From Deltaproteobacteria bacterium (GTDB lineage: Bacteria > Myxococcota_A > Polyangia > DRWM01 > JAAZOP01), in assembly GCA_016218815.1 (NCBI GenBank), contig JACRCX010000117.1:35009-99008 (forward strand): a stretch of DNA of 64,000 bases, given 5' to 3'. Positions 58,519-64,000 of this stretch are shown in pieces (the stretch's first letter is position 1; every line of letters starts with the position of its first letter). A program made the position numbers and the translations under genes. The notes beneath the pieces were generated by a model that searched no databases, was not told where the DNA came from, and saw only the letters and a program-made list of their open reading frames with translations.

Positions 58519-60666
58519 ATGGCACAGCAACAGGAAATCGTGCGCTCGTCGCGCGACGACGGGCGCGGCTCGCGGGCCGGGGCCGTCGGGGGCTACTTCC
58601 TCTGGCTCCTCGTCTCGCTCACCCTGATCGTCGGGCCGTTCGTCCTGCCCGTCTTCTCCGCCGTCAAGATGAGCAGCCTGGCGCAGCTCATCTGCCTCTG
58701 CGTCGGCGTCTTCTCGCTGATCCTGATGAGCGTCATCGTCGTCATCACCAAGCTGTACCAGAAGGCCAGCGCCAACCGCTCCCTCGTCCGCACCGGCATG
58801 GGCGGCATCAAGGTCATCCTCGACGGCGGCGTGTTCAACATCCCCGTCCTGCACAAGCTCCTGTCGATCAACCTCGAGACCATGCGGCTCGACGTCGAGC
58901 GCAAGGGCAAGGACGCCCTCATCACCGCGGACTTCCTCCGCTCCGACCTCAGCGCCCAGTTCTACCTCAAGGTCCAGCCCACCACCGAGGACATCACCAA
59001 CGCCGCCCGGTCGCTGGGCGAACGCTCGGTGGACGAGGTCGGGGTCAAGGAGCTGATCTTCGACAAGCTGGTCAGCGCGCTGCGCACCGTCGCCGCCAAG
59101 TCCACCCTCTTCGACTTGAACAGCGAGCGCGAGCGGTTCGCGCGCGACGTCAAGGCCGCCGTCGAGGCCGACCTCAAGCACAACGGCCTCACCCTCGAGT
59201 CGGTCACCATCTCCAGCCTCGACCAGACGGACGTGACGCAGCTCAACGAGCGCAACGTCTTCGACGCGCAAGGGCGCAAGCGCATCGCCGAGGTCACGCA
59301 GGCGGCCAACGTCGAGCGCAACCGCCTGGAGCGCGAGGCCGAGCAGCAGATCGCCACCAAGGACGTCTCCACCCGCAAGAGCATCCTGACGCTCGACCTG
59401 GAGAAGCAGAAGGCCGAGGCCGAGCAGGCCCGCGACGTCGCCAACTCCAAGGCCGAAGCCGGCCGACGCGCGGCCGAGTTCAAGATCGAGCAGGAACAGG
59501 CCGTCGCCCAGCGCGAGGTCGAGAAGCTGCGCGCCGTCGAGGCGGCCAAGATCGACGCGCAGAAGAAGCTCGTCCTCACCAACCAGGAGCGCGAGCTGGC
59601 CGAGGTCCAGAAGCAGCAGGCGGTCGAGACGGCCAACGTCAGCCGCAACAAGGTCGTCGAGGTCGCCATGCGCGATCAGCAGATCGCCGTCGCCGCCAAG
59701 GAGCAGGAACGCGCCAAGGCCGACGCCGCGCGCTTCGCCGCGGAGGCCGAGCGCGAGGGCCAGGCGCAGGCGGTCAAGACCGTCGAGGCCGTCCGGACGG
59801 CCGAGCGTGTCAAGGAACAGGGCGTCATCGCCGCTCAGGCCGACGCCGAGAAGCGCTACGTCCAGCAGCAGCGCGAGGCGGACGGCGAGGCCTACCGCTT
59901 GAAGGCTTTGGCCGACGGCAAGAAGGCCGCCGCCGAGGCCGAGGCCTACGCCAAAATCCGCGGTGCCGACGCCGACAAGGAGTCCGCCGAGAAGCGCGCG
60001 CAGGGCGATTTGGCCGCGCAGTCCGTCCCCGTCAACGTCGCCGCCAAGCAGGTCGACGTCGACAAGGCGCGGCAGCTCATCGGCGTCCAGGTCGCCGAGA
60101 AGCAGGTCGAGGTCGACCGCAAGTCGGTCGAGGTCACCCAGGCGCGCGTCAACGTCGAACGCCAGGAGCTGGAGCAGCGCCAGCAGTTCTCCCGCGCGGC
60201 GCTCGACTTCGAGTTGGGCAAGCTGCGCATCTCGAAGTCCGCCGAGGTCCAGATCGAGAGCGCTCGCGCCATCGGCAGCTTCATGGCCAAGGGCCAGATG
60301 ACCATCTTCGGCGACCCGGCCACGATGGCGACGATGACCGAGCGCTTCATGTCCTCGATGGCGATGGGCCGCCAGCTCGACGGCTTCTTCCAGGGCCTGG
60401 GCGACGGCCCCGCGCGCGAAGCCGTGGGCGACGTCCTGGGCGCCGTGACCGGCCTCGCCCAGGGCGCCGCGGCCCTGATGAAGGGCAAGGCCGAAGGCGC
60501 GCGGGCCGAGGGCGAGGCGCGAATCGCCGAGGCCGAGGCCAAGGTGATCGAGGCGAAGTCGCCGGCGTCGTCGCAGCCTTCCTCCAGGCCCGCGCCCGCG
60601 CCGGCCGCTCCGGCACCGGGCTCCGGCCGTCCGCCCGGGACCCCCGACAAGCCGCGCGGGACGTAG
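58519..60666 (+). CDS. Flotillin-like SPFH/band-7 family protein (YqiK-like)
   Basis: GGAAGGAGGG RBS. N-terminal TM, an SPFH domain (RSLVRTGMGGIKVILDGGVFNIPVLHKLLSINLETMRLDV), and a long Ala/Glu/Lys/Gln coiled-coil. 715 aa. Confidence 0.85.
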   Translation: MAQQQEIVRSSRDDGRGSRAGAVGGYFLWLLVSLTLIVGPFVLPVFSAVKMSSLAQLICLCVGVFSLILMSVIVVITKLYQKASANRSLVRTGMGGIKVILDGGVFNIPVLHKLLSINLETMRLDVERKGKDALITADFLRSDLSAQFYLKVQPTTEDITNAARSLGERSVDEVGVKELIFDKLVSALRTVAAKSTLFDLNSERERFARDVKAAVEADLKHNGLTLESVTISSLDQTDVTQLNERNVFDAQGRKRIAEVTQAANVERNRLEREAEQQIATKDVSTRKSILTLDLEKQKAEAEQARDVANSKAEAGRRAAEFKIEQEQAVAQREVEKLRAVEAAKIDAQKKLVLTNQERELAEVQKQQAVETANVSRNKVVEVAMRDQQIAVAAKEQERAKADAARFAAEAEREGQAQAVKTVEAVRTAERVKEQGVIAAQADAEKRYVQQQREADGEAYRLKALADGKKAAAEAEAYAKIRGADADKESAEKRAQGDLAAQSVPVNVAAKQVDVDKARQLIGVQVAEKQVEVDRKSVEVTQARVNVERQELEQRQQFSRAALDFELGKLRISKSAEVQIESARAIGSFMAKGQMTIFGDPATMATMTERFMSSMAMGRQLDGFFQGLGDGPAREAVGDVLGAVTGLAQGAAALMKGKAEGARAEGEARIAEAEAKVIEAKSPASSQPSSRPAPAPAAPAPGSGRPPGTPDKPRGT

Positions 60667-60668
60667 GC

Positions 60669-60706
60669 CCCGCCCTTCCCGCCCTTCCCGCCCTTCCCGC
60701 CCTTGC
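60669..60706. repeat. Microsatellite GCCCTTCCC x4 just after the flotillin stop
   Basis: ccgcccttcccgcccttcccgcccttcccgcccttgcttccc. Confidence 0.7.
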
Positions 60707-60749
60707 TTCCCGGTTGTTGCCCGCCCGCCGCTGTGCCAAGCTTCGGAGC

Positions 60750-62297
60750 ATGAAGCGCATCATCACGGCGGCGGGGTTGGCGGCGGCCGTTCTCGGCTGC
60801 GCGCAGTCGGATGGACCGGTGGGTGTCCCGGGAGCGGGCGAGGCTCCGCTGGGCACGTGGCAGGGGGCCGTCGTCGTCTGCGCCGACGGGCCGACGCTCC
60901 AGGGCATCGACATCTCCTACTACCAGGGGACGATCGATTGGGATGCCGTCGCCGCGGACGGCATCGACTTCGCCTTCATCCGCGTCAGCGACGGCGTCGG
61001 CTTCGAGGACCCGGAGTTCGACCGCAACTGGGCCGAGGCGGCGCGCGTCGGCATCGCCCGCGGCGTCTACCAGTTCTTCCGCCCCGGCCAGGACCCCGTC
61101 GCCCAGGCCGATCTCCTGATCTCGCGCATGGGCGCGCTGGGTCCCGGCGACATGCCCCCGGTCGCCGACGTCGAGGATGCGGACGGCGAATCCGCGGCGA
61201 CCATCGCCGCCAACCTCGCGATCTGGATGGACCGCGTCGAGGCCGCGATCGGCCGGCCGCCGATCATCTATACCGGCCTCTATTTCTGGCGCGACTCGGT
61301 CGGCGGCGCCGACTTCGCCGAGCACCCGCTGTGGATCGCCAATTGGGGCGTCTCCTGCCCCAATATCCCCGACCCGTGGACCGACTGGCTCTTCTGGCAG
61401 GACAGCGCCTCGGGCAGCATCGCCGGCATCTCCGGCGACGTCGACACCGACATCTTCAACGGCGACATGGCCGCCCTCCTCGCCTACGCCTCCAATACCC
61501 CCGTCTGCGGCGACGGCTGGTGTACCGGCGACGAGACGTACGATACCTGCCCCGCAGACTGCCCGCGCTGCGAGCCGATCCCGCCGCCGGGACGCGCCGT
61601 CGAGGAGACCGAGGTCTGCTTCGAGGCCGGCGGTCCCGCGGAGTACTGGCACGCCGAAAGCGCCGGCTCGGGCGGCTCGCTCCTGCATACGGGAACCACG
61701 GACCATGACTACGTCGTCAACTACGCCGTCTGGAACCTCGATTTCGAGGAGGCCGGCAACTACCGCGTCGAGGCGTATACCGACGCCGCCTGGGCCCAGT
61801 CCCGGACCGCGCCGTATCAGGTGCGCCACGACGGCGTGGTCGCCCCCGTCACCGTGGACCAGACGCTCGCCGATGGCTGGAACCTCGTCGGCGAGTTCGC
61901 CTTCGCCGCGGGCGGCGACCAGTGGGTGCGAGTGGACGACAACACCGGCGAGCCGGGCTCGACCGGCACGCAACTCGTCGCCGACGCTGTCCGTCTCACC
62001 CGCCTCGATCCGCCCGCCGCTGATGCGGACGCGGACGCCGACGCGGATGCGGGCGCGGATGCGGATTCGGACGGGGATGCAGCAGCGGATGCCGACGCCG
62101 ACGCCGGTGCCGACGGCGCGGGCGACGTGCCGACCTTCGACTACGGCGCCGAGGCGGGGGACGGGGGCGGCGGATCCGGCGACGAGGGGGACGGCTGCGG
62201 TTGTGCGGTGCCCGGCTCGCGTCCCGCGGCCGGCGTGTTCCTCGCCGCCTTCGTGCTGGGCCTCGCCTCGTTCCGCCGCCGGCTCCGACGGTCGTGA
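60750..62297 (+). CDS. GH25 family lysozyme (muramidase) lipoprotein with a C-terminal MYXO-CTERM sorting signal
   Basis: Lipobox MKRIITAAGLAAAVLGCAQSD. GH25 core GIDISYYQGTIDWDAVAADGIDFAFIRVSDG. Asp-Ala-rich linker. C-terminus GDGCGCAVPGS...VFLAAFVLGLASFRRRLRRS is MYXO-CTERM. Confidence 0.8.
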   Translation: MKRIITAAGLAAAVLGCAQSDGPVGVPGAGEAPLGTWQGAVVVCADGPTLQGIDISYYQGTIDWDAVAADGIDFAFIRVSDGVGFEDPEFDRNWAEAARVGIARGVYQFFRPGQDPVAQADLLISRMGALGPGDMPPVADVEDADGESAATIAANLAIWMDRVEAAIGRPPIIYTGLYFWRDSVGGADFAEHPLWIANWGVSCPNIPDPWTDWLFWQDSASGSIAGISGDVDTDIFNGDMAALLAYASNTPVCGDGWCTGDETYDTCPADCPRCEPIPPPGRAVEETEVCFEAGGPAEYWHAESAGSGGSLLHTGTTDHDYVVNYAVWNLDFEEAGNYRVEAYTDAAWAQSRTAPYQVRHDGVVAPVTVDQTLADGWNLVGEFAFAAGGDQWVRVDDNTGEPGSTGTQLVADAVRLTRLDPPAADADADADADAGADADSDGDAAADADADAGADGAGDVPTFDYGAEAGDGGGGSGDEGDGCGCAVPGSRPAAGVFLAAFVLGLASFRRRLRRS

Positions 62298-62337
62298 CAC
62301 CCGGCCGGGAGGCGCGCCGGGCCGCGGTCGCAGGTCT

Positions 62338-62607
62338 CTACTCCTCCGACGGGTGGCAGATGCCCCACCCCGGGTTCGCCGGGTCGGCGGCTGGCTCGCA
62401 GACCCACTCGGGTCCGTTGACCTCCTGGCAGTCCACGTCGTCCTGACACCGCACGCTGCCGTCGGGCTCCGGCTGGACGCGGGTCGGCGCCGGACCGTAG
62501 ACCGTCGAGATCGGCGCCGGACCGTAGTAGACCGGGCATCCTGCGGCGAGAAACGCCCCGGAGCACAGGCCCACGGCCACGACCCACGGTCGAACCTTCC
62601 GTCCCAT
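62338..62607 (-). CDS. Small putative lipoprotein (about 89 aa, Cys-containing)
   Basis: MGRKVRPWVVAVGLCSGAFLAAGCPVYYGP... has a lipobox-like LAAGC and four additional Cys. Convergent with the GH25 gene. Support is weak. Confidence 0.35.
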   Translation of the reverse strand: MGRKVRPWVVAVGLCSGAFLAAGCPVYYGPAPISTVYGPAPTRVQPEPDGSVRCQDDVDCQEVNGPEWVCEPAADPANPGWGICHPSEE

Positions 62608-63312
62608 ACGCAACCACCAACCCAGCATGTCGAGTCCCTCCTTCCCCGTCCGGACGCCGGAGTCGACCACGTTTCCGGGCTCCGCGGCAACCCTGCGTGT
62701 GCATCCCCCCGGACAAGGTCCCGGTCGGGGTCGTCGGCGATCCGACCGGCGTGGACGAAGGGGCCCACGCGGGCGGCGATACCTCCGCGACCTGGAACGG
62801 CTCGAGCTGGGGCCTGACCTGGGGCGCTTGGTGGGACGTCGTCCGCTTCCGCAACCTCGACGCCGACGGCGTGCCGCTCACCCCGGCCACCGCGCTGCCC
62901 TTCATGGGCGGCCCGGGAGGGCTCGAGTGGAACGGCTCCGTCTACGGCTTCGCCGCCGACGACTGGACGGACGAGGTGATCGTCGGCGTGCTCGACACCG
63001 TGGGCGCGATGCGCGCGGGACCCACCTGGGTGTCGGGCACCGCGCAGGCCCCCGACGTCTCGTGGTCCGAGGCCCTCGGGAGTTGGGTGGCCGCATGGAC
63101 CGTCTGCACCGGCGGGAGCGGCACGGCCGAGATCCTTGCGGCGCGTGTCGATGATGAACGCGGCGCCGGACCAGCAGATCGAGAAGGAACTGACCGCCCA
63201 CATCCCGGACGTGGTGGTCCCCCAGAGGTCCTGATCGGCGGCCGAGGCGCGGTTGACCTGACGGGAGTCGTGCCTAGAGATGGGGCGGCGCAGGTGAAAG
63301 GGGGCGCCCCGC

Positions 63313-63726
63313 ATGGCGGTTACGCGGATTCTTGCGAAGTGGTCGAGCAGCGGGCCGGAGTTGCAGAGCGTGCTGCGTATCGTCGCCGCACTCATGTTCC
63401 TGCTCGCGGGCTCGACGAAGCTCCTCGGCTTCCCGACCGGGATCCCCCCGCACGGCGGCACCGTTCCGCTCCTGTCCCAGATGGGGATCGGGGCCATCCT
63501 CGAGGCACTCGGCGGGGTTCTGCTCCTGCTCGGCCTGTTCACACGTCCGGTCGCCTTCCTGCTCGCGGGCGAGATGGCCGTGGCGTACTTCCAGTTCCAC
63601 TTTCCCAAGGGCTTCTGGCCGACCGTGAACGGCGGGACAGCCGCCGTGCTGTACTGCTTCGTCTGGCTCTACTTCTCGGCCGCGGGCCCCGGACCGTGGA
63701 GCCTCGACGCCCGGCGCAAGAAGTAG
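63313..63726 (+). CDS. DoxX family membrane protein
   Basis: Four TM helices with DoxX-like spacing (LRIVAALMFLLAGSTKL...GIGAILEALGGVLLLLGLFTRPVAFLLAGEMAVAYF...). Confidence 0.8.
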   Translation: MAVTRILAKWSSSGPELQSVLRIVAALMFLLAGSTKLLGFPTGIPPHGGTVPLLSQMGIGAILEALGGVLLLLGLFTRPVAFLLAGEMAVAYFQFHFPKGFWPTVNGGTAAVLYCFVWLYFSAAGPGPWSLDARRKK

Positions 63727-64000
63727 CTCCAACCCGCCGCGCGCGAATCCGGATCCGGTCGCGAGGATGGGTGGTCCAAGTACGAACCACCAGCGACCGG
63801 CCGCGCAGGCTACGGCGCGCTCCGGGACGCCGTCCGCCCCTTTGCACCCGCCCGCGCCTCGCCTAGAACACCGACCGGTTTGACCGCGTCGTGATCTCAA
63901 GGAGTTGCGGGCGAGCATGCCAGGAAGTGGAGCGGTTGACGGTGGGGTGGTTTCCTGCGCTCCCAGAGCGAGTCGAGGTTCGCTTCGGGAGGTGTGGGAT

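Noticed and set aside
59946-63608. A 1220-aa minus-strand ORF.
   Set aside because: Arg/Gly/Pro-rich. It is antisense to the flotillin, GH25 and DoxX genes.

Overview
This is a high-GC (~70%) bacterial chromosomal window, almost certainly from a member of the Myxococcota: two proteins end in MYXO-CTERM sorting signals, and many lipoproteins carry cysteine-rich CxDGxDNDCDG repeats. Because of the GC content nearly every position has long arginine-rich antisense ORFs. I treated those as artefacts and called genes only where the translated protein has recognisable domain signatures, signal peptides or RBS-supported starts. The window is dense (about 44 CDS) with no rRNA, no clear tRNA and no CRISPR.

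Notable content:
- Housekeeping genes: pyk, nadA, larE, bioB, mnmA, upp, queD, a tandem-domain thyX, an M20 peptidase, a DUF374 acyltransferase, and an NfeD plus flotillin pair.
- Signalling: a sensor kinase translationally coupled to an HD-GYP response regulator, a PilZ protein, a very large hybrid kinase (PBP-like + CHASE + HisKA + HATPase + 3 REC + HPt), and a Ser/Thr kinase.
- A large load of secreted lipoproteins: two paralogous HExxH metallopeptidase-like proteins, three giant cysteine-rich lipoproteins (two of them tandem duplicates with duplicated sigma70-like promoters), a roughly 18-repeat Ycf48-like propeller lipoprotein, a C39-like plus disintegrin-like MYXO-CTERM protein coupled by a GTGA overlap to an upstream lipoprotein, a phospholipase D lipoprotein, a GH25 muramidase with MYXO-CTERM, and an FGE-sulfatase-domain lipoprotein.

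The most unusual items:
1. A cytoplasmic caspase/CHAT-like protease (His-Cys dyad) fused to a YbjN-like domain, convergent with a standalone YbjN-like gene.
2. A three-copy REP/MITE-like double-hairpin intergenic element of about 75 bp.
3. A conserved direct-repeat motif (AACCAACNACC) placed just upstream of -35-like hexamers of three unrelated genes.
4. An orphan VapB-like antitoxin next to an unknown 388-aa protein.
5. Several intergenic micro- and minisatellite arrays.

All domain calls are made by eye from the translations; none has been confirmed by a search.
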